Position numbers and translations under genes: made by a program. Source: an uncultured bacterium (GTDB taxonomy: Bacteria; Zhuqueibacterota; QNDG01; DSAB01). From it: a stretch of DNA of 64,000 bases. The notes under the pieces are model-generated. The model was not told the DNA's origin. It searched no databases and saw only the letters and a program-made list of their open reading frames with translations. Positions 29,815 to 40,143 of the stretch are shown here, one piece after another (the stretch's first letter is position 1; every line of letters starts with the position of its first letter). Location: positions 1,278 to 65,277 of the forward strand of contig CAZTZL010000007.1 of NCBI GenBank assembly GCA_964617625.1. Direction: 5' to 3'.

Positions 29815-31050
29815 ATGAACGATTTAATGCTGATATTGTTTGGTGTCGGATTTTTTGTATTGATTATCCTGTTGCTCGTGGTCTTGATTTTAATCGCCAA
29901 ATCCAGACTTGTGCCTTCCGGTCTGGTAAAGATTGTTATTAATAATGAATCTAAATACACTTATTCTGTCCCAATGGGAGGCAAGCTTCTGAATACATTG
30001 GCTGATCAGGAAATTTATATTCCTTCCGCATGCGGCGGAAGCGGTACCTGCGGTCAATGTAAAGTTATTGTCAGAGAAGGCGGGGGAAGTTTGCTGCCGA
30101 CTGAAGCATCGATTATCACCAGAAAGGAAATGAAAGAGGGGTATCGTCTTTCCTGCCAACTTGCTGTGAAAAACAGTATGAAACTGGAAATTCCCCAGGA
30201 GATTTTTGACGTTCGCAAATGGGAATGCATCGTCCGCTCGAATCACAATGTAGCCACTTTTATCAAGGAACTAATCCTGGAATTGCCGGAAGGAGAGGGG
30301 GTAAATTTCAGAGCTGGCGGATATATTCAAATTGAAGCACCACCGCATACAGTACGGTATCGGGATTTTCAAATAGACAGGGAATATCAATCCGATTGGG
30401 ACCGGTTTCAAATGTGGCGGTACGTCTCCAGAGTCGATGAAGACATATTTCGTGCGTATTCCATGGCGAATTATCCTGATGAAAAAGGTATCATCAAGCT
30501 TAATATCAGAATTGCATCACCGCCTCCGGAAAAACCCAGAGTGCCGCCAGGTCAAATGTCCTCTTACCTCTTTCATCTTAAAACCGGTGATCGCGTTATT
30601 ATTACAGGCCCCTATGGTGAATTTTTTGCTAAAAACACAGACAATGAAATGGTGTTTATTGGAGGTGGCGCAGGAATGGCACCCATGCGTTCACATATTT
30701 TTGACCAGTTGAAACGCCTTCATTCTGAGCGAAAAATTTCATACTGGTATGGCGCCCGTTCACTTCGGGAAGTTTTTTATGCTGAAGAATTCGATAAACT
30801 GGAAAAGGAATATCAAAATTTTGAATGGCATGTGGCATTGTCTGAACCTCTGGCCGAAGATCACTGGTCCGGTAAAACCGGATTTATTCATCAGGTTTTG
30901 TACGATACCTATTTAAAAAACCATCCGGCTCCGGAGGATTGTGAATATTATCTCTGCGGACCGCCGCTTATGAATGCGGCCGTCCTGAATATGCTGGACA
31001 ATCTCGGTGTGGAGCCAGAGAATATTCTGTTTGACGATTTTGGAGTATGA
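29815..31050 (+). CDS. nqrF: NQR subunit F
   Basis: [12 protein letters not shown] and RLSCQ 2Fe-2S motifs, [30 protein letters not shown]; start ATG 29815. Confidence 0.96.
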   Translation: MNDLMLILFGVGFFVLIILLLVVLILIAKSRLVPSGLVKIVINNESKYTYSVPMGGKLLNTLADQEIYIPSACGGSGTCGQCKVIVREGGGSLLPTEASIITRKEMKEGYRLSCQLAVKNSMKLEIPQEIFDVRKWECIVRSNHNVATFIKELILELPEGEGVNFRAGGYIQIEAPPHTVRYRDFQIDREYQSDWDRFQMWRYVSRVDEDIFRAYSMANYPDEKGIIKLNIRIASPPPEKPRVPPGQMSSYLFHLKTGDRVIITGPYGEFFAKNTDNEMVFIGGGAGMAPMRSHIFDQLKRLHSERKISYWYGARSLREVFYAEEFDKLEKEYQNFEWHVALSEPLAEDHWSGKTGFIHQVLYDTYLKNHPAPEDCEYYLCGPPLMNAAVLNMLDNLGVEPENILFDDFGV

Positions 31051-31146
31051 TGCAGGGGAAATTTGAATTCTGATAAAAGGATTCTTTAAACTGAAAATTC
31101 TCATTATTATTGAGACCGTATCATTTTTAAAACAAGAGGAAAATAG

Positions 31147-31614
31147 ATGAAAACCGCTGAAGAGATTTTAAAAGAAATCAATCGATCCATGATATCTATT
31201 TCTCCGGATAAGACGATTTATGAAGCGATTCAAGTGATGAGTAAAAATCGTATTGGCGCTGTTGTTGTAAAAGAGAGACAACAAATTATAGGAATCTGGA
31301 CCGAACGGGATCTAATCATTGATATTGTGAAAAAAGGATTTGATTTTAAGATTGCAAAGATCCGGGATTATATGAGCACCGATCTGATTACAGCAGATTG
31401 TCAGGATTCCATCCCTTTGCTGCAGGATAAATTTCTGGGTAAACGACTGCGTCATCTTTTCATTAAAAAGGGAGGCAAAATAATCGGTCTTCTGTCGGCC
31501 GGTGATGTAACACGGGCGAGTCTGGCAGACACAGCGGAAGAATTATCCAAACTCAACGCTGTATGCAGCTGGGAATACTATGAAAATTGGAAATGGAAAC
31601 GGCCTAAAAAATAG
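31147..31614 (+). CDS. Stand-alone CBS-pair protein
   Basis: ISPDKTIYEAI..M....IGAVVV, GIWTERD, RLRHL.I......GLLSAGD. Confidence 0.85.
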   Translation: MKTAEEILKEINRSMISISPDKTIYEAIQVMSKNRIGAVVVKERQQIIGIWTERDLIIDIVKKGFDFKIAKIRDYMSTDLITADCQDSIPLLQDKFLGKRLRHLFIKKGGKIIGLLSAGDVTRASLADTAEELSKLNAVCSWEYYENWKWKRPKK

Positions 31615-31632
31615 AACCTCGACGGGGTATTT

Positions 31633-31827
31633 ATGTTAACAACTATTTTTATCTTTGTTGCAATTCTTGTTGTCTTTTCACTGATGATGTGTATTCTGTA
31701 TTTCTCAAGGTATAAAAAAAGGCAAACTTACTGTTCGCATTCCATTGCTTCCGGAATGGCCCGGGACGAGGGAACCCAATGCAGCAGTTGCTGCTGTGAC
31801 CGATCCGACTGTGATGAAAAATCATAA
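31633..31827 (+). CDS. Small single-TM Cys-rich protein, NqrM-like
   Basis: 64 aa; N-terminal TM, basic KKR, then C...CSSCCC...C; lies just after the nqr operon. Confidence 0.55.
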   Translation: MLTTIFIFVAILVVFSLMMCILYFSRYKKRQTYCSHSIASGMARDEGTQCSSCCCDRSDCDEKS

Positions 31828-31952
31828 ATCCTGCTTTGTATTCGAGAAAACATCTCTGTATATCAGCCATTCATCCTGTATTAATGCACATAAACGGACG
31901 TCCATTCCTTTCAGCCTATAGATTACAAATTTATGTAAACCGTAAAAAAACC

Positions 31953-31981
31953 TTGCTTTTTTAATTTATAAACAGTATCTT
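31953..31981 (+). promoter_or_regulatory. Probable sigma70 promoter of csp
   Basis: TTGCTT-N17-TATCTT about 210 bp upstream of the csp start. Confidence 0.45.
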
Positions 31982-32194
31982 AATAATCGTAATTGTTGTA
32001 CGCTGTTGTTTAAGTGATTGGAAATAAAGGCCAGGCACTCCAGCTTGGCATAAAAAATTTTCGAAAGAATTCAATCAAATGCGACTATCGTGGGTAACGG
32101 ACAATAGACGCATTTTTTTTGTTATAAAGGAACAACAGGTACGAGGTTGTTTCTGCATCATGCAGGACATTCATTTTTTTGAAAGGAAATCGTC

Positions 32195-32395
32195 ATGGAA
32201 GAAGGAACCGTAAAGTGGTTCAACAACGGCAAAGGCTTCGGATTCATTGAAAGACCGGATGGGGACGACGTGTTTGTTCACCATACAGCCATTCAGGGTG
32301 AAGGCTACAAATCACTCAATGAAGGCGACAAGGTTGAATTTGAAGTTGTTGAAGGTCCGAAAGGGCCCCAGGCAGCCAACGTAAAAAAAGTCTGA
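32195..32395 (+). CDS. Cold-shock protein (CspA family)
   Basis: GTVKWFN..KGFGFI (RNP1), DVFVHHTAI (RNP2), KGPQAANV. Confidence 0.97.
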   Translation: MEEGTVKWFNNGKGFGFIERPDGDDVFVHHTAIQGEGYKSLNEGDKVEFEVVEGPKGPQAANVKKV

Positions 32396-32450
32396 TTCCT
32401 AAGAGACTGAACGTTCCAATCCATAACATCACAGATTGGAAATGATTTGG

Positions 32451-32490
32451 GTGGCGCAAGTGCTTTCGGCAGTTGCGCCACTTTTTCTTT
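32451..32490 (+). terminator. Intrinsic terminator of csp
   Basis: GTGGCGCAA...TTGCGCCAC followed by TTTTTCTTT. Confidence 0.8.
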
Positions 32491-32668
32491 TCCATTTCAT
32501 ACATTAAAAAGCCCTTGCATTTCATCTGAAAATACTTTAGTTTGATAAAAATAAATCCTGAATGTTTTTGAAGTCGATATGGATTAGAAGTATTGTCGAG
32601 ATAACAGCCAATCCCTTTTTCATGATTGATACATTAAGTCAAATTTGAATTAGTTGGAGGTGTTCCGG

Positions 32669-34009
32669 ATGAGAAGAATGACTGCATGGCTTATTATTAC
32701 ATGTATTCTTGTTTCTCTTTCCTGTACAAGTGTCGATGAACTGAAATTGGGCAGGATGCGGCAACTCAATTTCATAGAATCCAAATGCCCGCTTTCTCAG
32801 CCTGACGCCATTCGTCTTCAATCGGACAATTTTGCGCTCGTTTTTCGGATGAATGAGAATCCCGGTTCTTTCGAAGGGAAGATTTGTATTTCAAGATCCA
32901 AAAATCAGGGGAAATCATGGACTGAACCGGACACTATTATTCAGACCACGATGGATTGCAGAATGCCCAGAATCACTCAATTGAAAGACGGCCTTATTCT
33001 GGTTCATACCACACTCTACCGGTATCAAAAGGGAGAGCCCGCAGGATGTTTTATCGTCCGTTCCTTTGACCGGGGTCTGACCTTTACGGTGCCGCAACTG
33101 ATCCCTCTTTTTGGTTTCGACGGAATGGCCGCTTCCGGTCCTGTTATCGAACTATCCGATGGATATTTATTACTGCCTGTTTATGCCTATAAAGCGGGTC
33201 AGGGTTCGTCAATATTGGTACTTGTTTCCCAGGACAGGGGAGAAAACTGGGACAGGTTTCATGTCATTACCGAAGAAAATAGTACGAAGGTAAATTTTCG
33301 GAATCCTGTGATTGTCCAGACAACGAACAAAGATATTCTCTGTATGATGGAAGCCGGCCGTGAAGATGGCTATTTGTATTATTCAGTTTCGAAAGATACC
33401 GGAGAAAGCTGGCAACCGATTCAGCGTTCGTCAATTTACGGGTGGAATTACGATCTAACTCTCAATTCCGAAGGAACCCTTTTCTGCATCTACAACGACA
33501 CATCACCGGAAGGCATCAGCTGTTCCAGAAGTTATGATTGCGGCATTAGCTGGGAACAGGAAGCAAGTGTCACGGATCGGCTCGTGGATGCAATGCACCC
33601 TTCACTTTTCCCGATTCGAAAAGACCGGATGGCTGTCTGCGCCACAGAATATGAGGATGATCTGTGGTTTATAAAGGCTTCTATTTTTCCGGTGTCCAGT
33701 CCGTCAAAACCCCGCGGTCTGTCAGCTTCGTTTCAGGGAAAAAAGGGAGTTCATCTGCGATGGAACCGGGTCGATGGGGCGAGTTATTATTTATTATACA
33801 GGGGGACGACACCGGAATTTGTTCCGGAATACGGAAGATCGGGAAATATGATTGCAACTCCGCAGCTTCCAAAATTTTATGATGTGCAGGTGGATTCCGG
33901 CAGTACCTATTACTATCGTGTTTCGGCAGTCAGCGGCCGGGGGAAATTGATCGAAAGTACGGGAAATCAAGGCGAGATATCGGAGATGCTGACTGTCGAA
34001 GTTAAGTGA
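32669..34009 (+). CDS. BNR/Asp-box (sialidase-like) lipoprotein with C-terminal FN3-like domain
   Basis: Five Asp-boxes (SKNQGKSW, SFDRGLTF, SQDRGENW, SKDTGESW, SYDCGISW); VSLSC lipobox; GTYYYRVSAV; GGAGG RBS before ATG 32669. Confidence 0.75.
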   Translation: MRRMTAWLIITCILVSLSCTSVDELKLGRMRQLNFIESKCPLSQPDAIRLQSDNFALVFRMNENPGSFEGKICISRSKNQGKSWTEPDTIIQTTMDCRMPRITQLKDGLILVHTTLYRYQKGEPAGCFIVRSFDRGLTFTVPQLIPLFGFDGMAASGPVIELSDGYLLLPVYAYKAGQGSSILVLVSQDRGENWDRFHVITEENSTKVNFRNPVIVQTTNKDILCMMEAGREDGYLYYSVSKDTGESWQPIQRSSIYGWNYDLTLNSEGTLFCIYNDTSPEGISCSRSYDCGISWEQEASVTDRLVDAMHPSLFPIRKDRMAVCATEYEDDLWFIKASIFPVSSPSKPRGLSASFQGKKGVHLRWNRVDGASYYLLYRGTTPEFVPEYGRSGNMIATPQLPKFYDVQVDSGSTYYYRVSAVSGRGKLIESTGNQGEISEMLTVEVK

Positions 34010-34048
34010 AGTCTGAAAAAATAGGGTGTCAAACTTATTATAGCGAAT

Positions 34049-35086
34049 ATGAACGTATCCCATAAAAAATCTGTTATCGGTGTCACGCTTGGCGATCCGG
34101 CAGGAATCGGTCCGGAAATTATTATCAAGGCAATGACCAATCACCCTCTTTTAAAAGAGGCCAATATCATTGTTTTCGGAGACAGGGTGGTTCTTGAGCA
34201 GGCATCGGATATCACTGGAAAACATATCGATATTGTGGAAATCAGTTCACTGCAGGATGCCCATTTCAAAGAACCCGTTCTCCATCTTGTTCCGGGCCGT
34301 ATACTCAGGGAACCGGTAGCGTTCGGTCTCGTAGATGGATTGTACGGGAAAGCCGCATATACTTATATCACAATGGCCATTGAATGGGCGATGCGCGGGG
34401 ACATCGACGGGATTACCACAGCCCCCCTTCAGAAGGAGGCACTTCGGAAAGGCGGTTGTCCATACATCGACCATACGGCTATTTTACAGGCAAAAACAAA
34501 GTCTTCTGTTTCAACCACACTTTTTTGGGTGGACAACCTCCGTATTTTCTTTCTGACCCGGCACCTGCCTTTGAAGGATGTGGCCGATGCGATCACAGCG
34601 GATAAAGTTTATCAAAGTATTCTTGTTTGTATGGGCCATTTGGAACAACTTGGAATGGATCATCCCAAATTGGCGGTTGCTGCTTTGAATCCCCATGGCG
34701 GTGAAGAAGGCATGATGGGAGAAGAGGAAATTCGGGAGATTCGTCCGGCTGTGGAGAAAGCAAAAAAAGAAAATATCCAGGTTGAGGGCCCTATCCCGGC
34801 GGACAGTGTGTTTTACCTCGCGAATGCGGGTCAGTATGACGCCGTGCTTTCTCTGTATCACGATCAGGGGCATATCGCCGCAAAGACGCTCGATTTTCAC
34901 CGGACCGTGAGTCTGACCATGGGTCTTCCCTTTCTTCGCACCTCCGTGGATCATGGAACAGCCTTCAATATCGCAGGAAAAAACATGGCCAATGAAATCA
35001 GCATGGTGGAAGCCATCCGCATGGCAATCAAATATTCAAAACAAATTCGTTCTCATTCGTTATTATCCCGGGATGGAGAAAAATAA
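34049..35086 (+). CDS. pdxA: PdxA-family dehydrogenase (probably PdxA2, 4-phospho-threonate type)
   Basis: LGDPAGIGPE, TAPLQK, LNPHGGE, GPIPAD, YHDQGH, RTSVDHGTAF. Confidence 0.9.
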   Translation: MNVSHKKSVIGVTLGDPAGIGPEIIIKAMTNHPLLKEANIIVFGDRVVLEQASDITGKHIDIVEISSLQDAHFKEPVLHLVPGRILREPVAFGLVDGLYGKAAYTYITMAIEWAMRGDIDGITTAPLQKEALRKGGCPYIDHTAILQAKTKSSVSTTLFWVDNLRIFFLTRHLPLKDVADAITADKVYQSILVCMGHLEQLGMDHPKLAVAALNPHGGEEGMMGEEEIREIRPAVEKAKKENIQVEGPIPADSVFYLANAGQYDAVLSLYHDQGHIAAKTLDFHRTVSLTMGLPFLRTSVDHGTAFNIAGKNMANEISMVEAIRMAIKYSKQIRSHSLLSRDGEK

Positions 35087-35096
35087 GGGACCATTT

Positions 35097-36011
35097 GTGA
35101 GTCAATACCCCATTTTCCCCGAATTTAAACCGATTGAAATTGAAGACCGTGATTTGATGCAGAAAGTGTTCTGGAAGTATCAGCCTTTAACTTCCGAATT
35201 TACATTTACCAATCTTTTTATGTGGCGCTCCTATTATCAATATCAGTGGTCCGTCTATAAGGACTGGCTTCTGATACTGTGCAATCCAATGGGCTGGGGG
35301 TACTATTTTCTTCAACCGATCGGTCCGTCTCCACGCCTTTCAGTTGCCTGGATGATTCTGGAGTGGCTTCGGTCCGAAAAACAGCAGCCCGAACCCAGTA
35401 TTGAAAAAGCGGACGAAAGGCTCGTTCAAGAGATCGAGGGACAGAAGGACTTTTTAATAGAGCCGCTTCGCGATCATTTTGACTATCTGTACCTTGCACG
35501 CAATCTTATTGATCTAATGGGCCGAAAATATCACGGTCAAAAAAATCGAATCAATAAATTCATACGGGAACATGAATACAAGTACGAGCCAATGATATCC
35601 GGGCATGTGGATATGTGCATGCGAGTGCTCAAGGAATGGTGCAACTGGCGTGAGTGTCAAAAGCGGACTGTTTTAAGGGCGGAATTTCATGCTGTGAATG
35701 AAGCGTTATTAAATTTTGAAAAACTTCAGATCATGGGGGGAGTGATTTTTGTCAATAATCGGATAGAAGGTTTTGCGCTGGGTGAAATGTTGAATGAAAA
35801 GACGGCCGTCATTCATGTGGAAAAAGTCGATCCACGAATTCCGGAAATGTTTACCGTAACCAATCAGCAATTCTGTGAGAAGCAGTGGAATGAAGTTCGT
35901 TTCATTAATCGTGAACAGGATATGGGAGAGCCGGGTTTGAGAAGAGCCAAGGAATCTTATCATCCAGTGCAGCTTGTAAAAAAATTTCGTATTCAAATGA
36001 TTTCTCCTTAA
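35097..36011 (+). CDS. DUF2156 / lysyltransferase-like GNAT-fold protein
   Basis: [14 protein letters not shown]....[36 protein letters not shown]; start GTG 35097. Confidence 0.82.
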   Translation: MSQYPIFPEFKPIEIEDRDLMQKVFWKYQPLTSEFTFTNLFMWRSYYQYQWSVYKDWLLILCNPMGWGYYFLQPIGPSPRLSVAWMILEWLRSEKQQPEPSIEKADERLVQEIEGQKDFLIEPLRDHFDYLYLARNLIDLMGRKYHGQKNRINKFIREHEYKYEPMISGHVDMCMRVLKEWCNWRECQKRTVLRAEFHAVNEALLNFEKLQIMGGVIFVNNRIEGFALGEMLNEKTAVIHVEKVDPRIPEMFTVTNQQFCEKQWNEVRFINREQDMGEPGLRRAKESYHPVQLVKKFRIQMISP

Positions 36012-36073
36012 AAAGGCTCTTTTTATTGATAAGAGCATGGTCCCAGCATATTCATTTTATTCGGGAGATGAAA

Positions 36074-38236
36074 ATGGTTGATCGAAAGTGGTTGTTCTGC
36101 AATTTTCGGATTTACGAACCGAAACGATTTTATAAAAAGATTGTCTTTTTGTATGTGATCCTGAGTTTGTCTGCAATTTCTTATCAGGCAGGCCAAAAAA
36201 TGGAGTTGGCCATGGAGGGTGATCAATACACGAATCGTTTGATTCATGAAAGCAGCCCGTATCTGCTGCTTCATGCTCACAATCCCGTAGATTGGTATCC
36301 ATGGGGTGAAGAGGCATTAAAGCACGCAAAGGATGAAAACAAACTCCTCATAATCAGTATCGGTTATTCGGCGTGCCACTGGTGCCACGTAATGGAAAAA
36401 GAATCATTCCAGGACACTTCCGTCGCCCGTTTGATGAATACGTATTTTATTCCGATTAAAATCGACAGGGAGGAACGCCCGGATCTCGATCAGATATATA
36501 TGCAGGCCGCGCGTCTCATTACGGGGAAAAGCGGCTGGCCGCTTCACGTGATTGCCCTGCCGGACGGCAGGCCGGTTTATGCAGGAACGTACTATCCGAA
36601 AGAAAATTGGAAGTCGCTTTTATCAAAGATAAGCGCCATGTACATAGAGAATCCCAAAGAGCTTGAAGAGACGGCCGCGGCGGTGACGGAAGGCATTCAG
36701 AAACTCGACATACTCAATCTGAATCAGGAAACCGCGGACCTTAAAATCAGCGATCTTGATTCGATCTATGATGGATGGAAGGATAAACTTGATGTTTTGT
36801 GGGGAGGATTGCGAGGGACCCCAAAGTTTCCGATGCCCGCCGGTATGGAATTTCTTCTCCGGTATTACTTTTTGACCCAGAAACCGGAAGTTTTGGATGC
36901 GGTGAAAACGAATCTGGATCGGATGGCGCTTGGGGGAATTTACGATCAGATCGGCGGCGGATTTGCCCGCTATGCAGTGGATGCATACTGGAAAATACCG
37001 CATTTTGAAAAAATGCTCTATGACAACGCCCAGTTGATCAGTCTTTACTCCTCAGCCTATCAATTGACAAAGGATCCCCTCTATAAAGAGGTGGTTGATC
37101 AGACCGTTGAATTTACCGAACGCGAACTGACATCACCGGAAGGAGGATTCTATTCTTCGATCGATGCGGACAGCGAGGGGGAAGAGGGCAAATATTACGT
37201 CTGGCATCAAAAAGAAATCGAAGAAATTCTGGGCAAGCAGGCCAAGCTTGTCATGGATTACTATCACATCAGTGGATTTGGCAATTGGGAAGAGGGGAAA
37301 AATGTGCTTTGCCGGAGATACAACGATGAGCTGTTTGCCAAAAAGTATAATATGAAAACCGATGTTTTAAAAAAGAACATCGAAGAGGCCAATGAGAAAT
37401 TGTATAAAATCCGCAGTAAGAGAATCCATCCTGCAGTAGACGATAAAATATTGACCTCGTGGAACGCGTTAATGTTGAAGGCCTTTGTAGATGCCTATCG
37501 TGTATTTAACAAGGAAGATTTCTTAAAGCGGGCTCTTGAAAATGCGGAATTTTTACAGGAGAATATGGTTGCCGAAGACGGTCAGATCCAGCGGAGTTAT
37601 CACGGCGGGGAAATAACCATCAATGGATTCCTGGATGACTATGCGCTGATGATTCAGGCTTATATCGGACTCTATCAGGCTACTTTTAATGAAGACTGGC
37701 TCTCGCGGGCAGATGTGCTGACCGGTTATGCACTCAAACATTTTTATGATCAGGATCAGCAGTTGTTCTATTACACTTCGGATCTGGATCCCAAATTGAT
37801 CGCCAGAAAAATGGAGATTCCCGATCAGGTGGTTCCGTCTTCAAACTCGGTCATGGCGGAGAATCTGTTTCTTTTGGGTACATTGCTCGACCGGCCCGTG
37901 TACATCGATTACTCCCGAAAAATGGTAATGCGCGTCAAATCGCATCTTTACGATGGCGGACCCTATTATGGAAACTGGAGCCGGCTGCTTGTCAATTTTG
38001 TTTCCCCGCTGTATGAAGTGGTAATCGTCGGAAGTGATGCAAATAAAAAACGCAGGGAACTGGATGAGTACTTTTTACCGGATGTGATCCTTTCTGGTTC
38101 TATGCAAGAGAGTGCGTTACCGCTGCTGCATGATCGATATATAAAGGGAAAAACCCTCATTTATGTTTGCCAGAACGGAACGTGTCAACTGCCGGTTGAA
38201 AAAGTGGAAGATGCGATTTTATTAATTAAGCAATAG
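36074..38236 (+). CDS. YyaL/SPATA20-like thioredoxin-domain (alpha/alpha)6 protein
   Basis: [61 protein letters not shown]; start uncertain (36026-36074). Confidence 0.9.
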   Translation: MVDRKWLFCNFRIYEPKRFYKKIVFLYVILSLSAISYQAGQKMELAMEGDQYTNRLIHESSPYLLLHAHNPVDWYPWGEEALKHAKDENKLLIISIGYSACHWCHVMEKESFQDTSVARLMNTYFIPIKIDREERPDLDQIYMQAARLITGKSGWPLHVIALPDGRPVYAGTYYPKENWKSLLSKISAMYIENPKELEETAAAVTEGIQKLDILNLNQETADLKISDLDSIYDGWKDKLDVLWGGLRGTPKFPMPAGMEFLLRYYFLTQKPEVLDAVKTNLDRMALGGIYDQIGGGFARYAVDAYWKIPHFEKMLYDNAQLISLYSSAYQLTKDPLYKEVVDQTVEFTERELTSPEGGFYSSIDADSEGEEGKYYVWHQKEIEEILGKQAKLVMDYYHISGFGNWEEGKNVLCRRYNDELFAKKYNMKTDVLKKNIEEANEKLYKIRSKRIHPAVDDKILTSWNALMLKAFVDAYRVFNKEDFLKRALENAEFLQENMVAEDGQIQRSYHGGEITINGFLDDYALMIQAYIGLYQATFNEDWLSRADVLTGYALKHFYDQDQQLFYYTSDLDPKLIARKMEIPDQVVPSSNSVMAENLFLLGTLLDRPVYIDYSRKMVMRVKSHLYDGGPYYGNWSRLLVNFVSPLYEVVIVGSDANKKRRELDEYFLPDVILSGSMQESALPLLHDRYIKGKTLIYVCQNGTCQLPVEKVEDAILLIKQ

Positions 38237-38299
38237 AATAATTAATGTGTCAGATTTAGATCCGATTAGATATACATATCAAAATTCGGGATTTTTAAA

Positions 38300-38521
38300 A
38301 TGAATTTATCCGATGAGAATGCCGGTGTCGGTTCCTCGAAGATTTCATTCTGCGATTTTCACTGCCCCCACGCTTCATTCCCAAAGGACGGCGATATAGA
38401 TGGATCGAAAAGCTGCCGCACATTTGCCGCTGTCTGGTGCGAACAGCTTCAGGAGTATGTCACGAAAAATGCCCCCTGCCCGGTGAAATTCGGAAAGCGC
38501 CGTCCAAAAGCGAATTGGTAG
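38300..38521 (+). CDS. Small Cys-rich hypothetical protein
   Basis: 73 aa with FCDFHCPH, SCRTF, WC and PC; follows yyaL in the same orientation. Confidence 0.5.
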   Translation: MNLSDENAGVGSSKISFCDFHCPHASFPKDGDIDGSKSCRTFAAVWCEQLQEYVTKNAPCPVKFGKRRPKANW

Positions 38522-38534
38522 GATTTACTTGGTT

Positions 38535-38660
38535 TTATAACGGTTATACTAACCGGATTAAAACATGGAAAGTCTCTCCCGAAGTAAGCGATTCCAGCAA
38601 CCTCTCAAATCCCAAAAGAAGTCGCTGTTTTAATTCCGCGTTCAGCATTTTGTTATGTGC
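38535..38660 (-). mobile_element. Integron attC recombination site
   Basis: Minus strand GCACATAAC-AAAAT-GCTGAAC-GCGGAATTAAAACA...TGTTTTAATCCG-GTTTAGT-ATAACC-GTTATAA: R''/5 bp/L''...L'/6 bp/R' geometry, with two unpaired bases on the R'' arm. Confidence 0.7.
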
Positions 38661-38686
38661 AGATTTTATTTTTGGCCTTTATTTAG

Positions 38687-39316
38687 TTACTTTTTATTCC
38701 ATTGAATTATTATTTCAGCAACAAACAAAGGGATGATCAATGTTACATACATAATTGTAGGTGCAATCTGGGGGTAGTTTCCTAATTTTGCCATAACGGG
38801 TAAAAAGACAATCCACCGGAATAATAAAAAAACAAGGGTTACCAAATAGCTTCTGATCATCCATTCTTTTTGCTGTTGAGTCCTTTTTTTCAGGATAGCC
38901 CTGTAGGCCATAAGTGCTGTTGCCAACCATACAAATGCAAGAACCTGTGAACTTAGTGCCCAGGTCCAATGTATTATTATCCCCATGTTCCATGCTAAAT
39001 ACATAGAACATACAGACGAAATTACAATTCCAGCCAGGTATAATTGTTCAATCCATTTATAGAGACCTGTAAATTTAGCCCTGAATATTGTTACGAATTG
39101 GAATGGGCCTAATATAAGCGCTAATATTCCACCTGAAATGTGCCCGATCAGCCACCATTTTACGCCAACGTACCTGCCAAAAGTTTCGTCCTTAAAACTA
39201 AAATAATGTAGCTTCCCAATCACAAATTTTAATGAAATTAGAAGTAGCATCAATAATATAACTAACCACACAATGGTTTTTAAATTTTGCTGTTTTGAAG
39301 AAATGGTTGTTTTCAT
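38687..39316 (-). CDS. DUF2306-family membrane protein (cassette gene)
   Basis: HISGG..ALILGPFQF, KEWMIRSY; several TM segments; bounded by a core site and attC. Confidence 0.8.
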   Translation of the reverse strand: MKTTISSKQQNLKTIVWLVILLMLLLISLKFVIGKLHYFSFKDETFGRYVGVKWWLIGHISGGILALILGPFQFVTIFRAKFTGLYKWIEQLYLAGIVISSVCSMYLAWNMGIIIHWTWALSSQVLAFVWLATALMAYRAILKKRTQQQKEWMIRSYLVTLVFLLFRWIVFLPVMAKLGNYPQIAPTIMYVTLIIPLFVAEIIIQWNKK

Positions 39317-39433
39317 CGTTCTATATTATAGTTGAGGTTTTCACTAAAATATATTTGCACATAAAGTCGGTTTAACAGGCGCCGAGCAAACGCAAACTTA
39401 AATCAAAGAAGATATTCAATATAATTTTATTTG

Positions 39434-39544
39434 CTATAAATCATGATGCGTGTAGGCGTCCTTGTTGAAATCCGTAGTATGAGAAAGAAGGAAACCCATC
39501 AGTGCAACAGTCAGAACGTTGATCCGTTTCCATTTTGTTGTCAT
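39434..39544 (-). CDS. 36-aa small ORF or truncated secreted protein
   Basis: AGGAGGA RBS; MTTKWKRINVLTVALMGFLLSHTTDFNKDAYTHHDL*. Confidence 0.35.
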   Translation of the reverse strand: MTTKWKRINVLTVALMGFLLSHTTDFNKDAYTHHDL

Positions 39545-39652
39545 AATAAATTCCTCCTGAGTTTAAAATGGTTTTTGTTTCAATAATTTTGGAGGCGTAA
39601 ATCCCTCTATTTTTACGTTCAGGGAAGCAGTCCCTGAGATCAAACATGACTA

Positions 39653-39985
39653 TTATTTTCTCGAATAGCGGTTCGGCTCATTGAAAAAAGTAATGTCAGC
39701 GTACCCAGCATGGATTTTTGCCGAATGCGGAATGCCTTCCGGAATATAATAACGACTGCCTTTCGTATACACATTCATTTTACCATCTACCGTTAATTCA
39801 ATTTCACCCTCCAAAACGATTCCCCATTGCGCATCGTGAGAATGTTCTGTTACATCTACAGTCTTTTCGAATTCCATAAAGATAATTTGATGGGAATCGG
39901 ACTGAGAAAGATAGGCTTTCACTCCATCTATCGGTATATCCGCTTCAGGAAGATTCCTGATTGGTTTTGGAAAGATTTCTGACAT
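39653..39985 (-). CDS. Cupin-domain protein
   Basis: EHSH..QWGIVLEG and IPEGIPHSA cupin motifs; start ATG 39985. Confidence 0.85.
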   Translation of the reverse strand: MSEIFPKPIRNLPEADIPIDGVKAYLSQSDSHQIIFMEFEKTVDVTEHSHDAQWGIVLEGEIELTVDGKMNVYTKGSRYYIPEGIPHSAKIHAGYADITFFNEPNRYSRK

Positions 39986-40143
39986 ATTTTCCCTCTCACT
40001 TATTTGGAACAAGCATCATTGTTTGCGGTTGCCATACGTTTGCCGTAATCCGATCGATTGCGGGATCCACTTTTTATCAGGTCATTGTTTGACTCGTGTA
40101 CCATTTATTCTGTATAATTATCTTTCGATCTCCCATGTATACC

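Noticed and set aside
32046-32120. c-di-GMP-I riboswitch in the csp leader
   Set aside because: Has GGCA and a GAAA tetraloop but lacks the GACGCAAA junction and the receptor helix
38437-38736. 99-aa ORF across the attC
   Set aside because: Overlaps two genes and the structured site; no motif
39441-39647. 68-aa minus-strand ORF from the track
   Set aside because: No RBS; the overlapping 39434-39544 frame has the perfect RBS and a signal-like peptide
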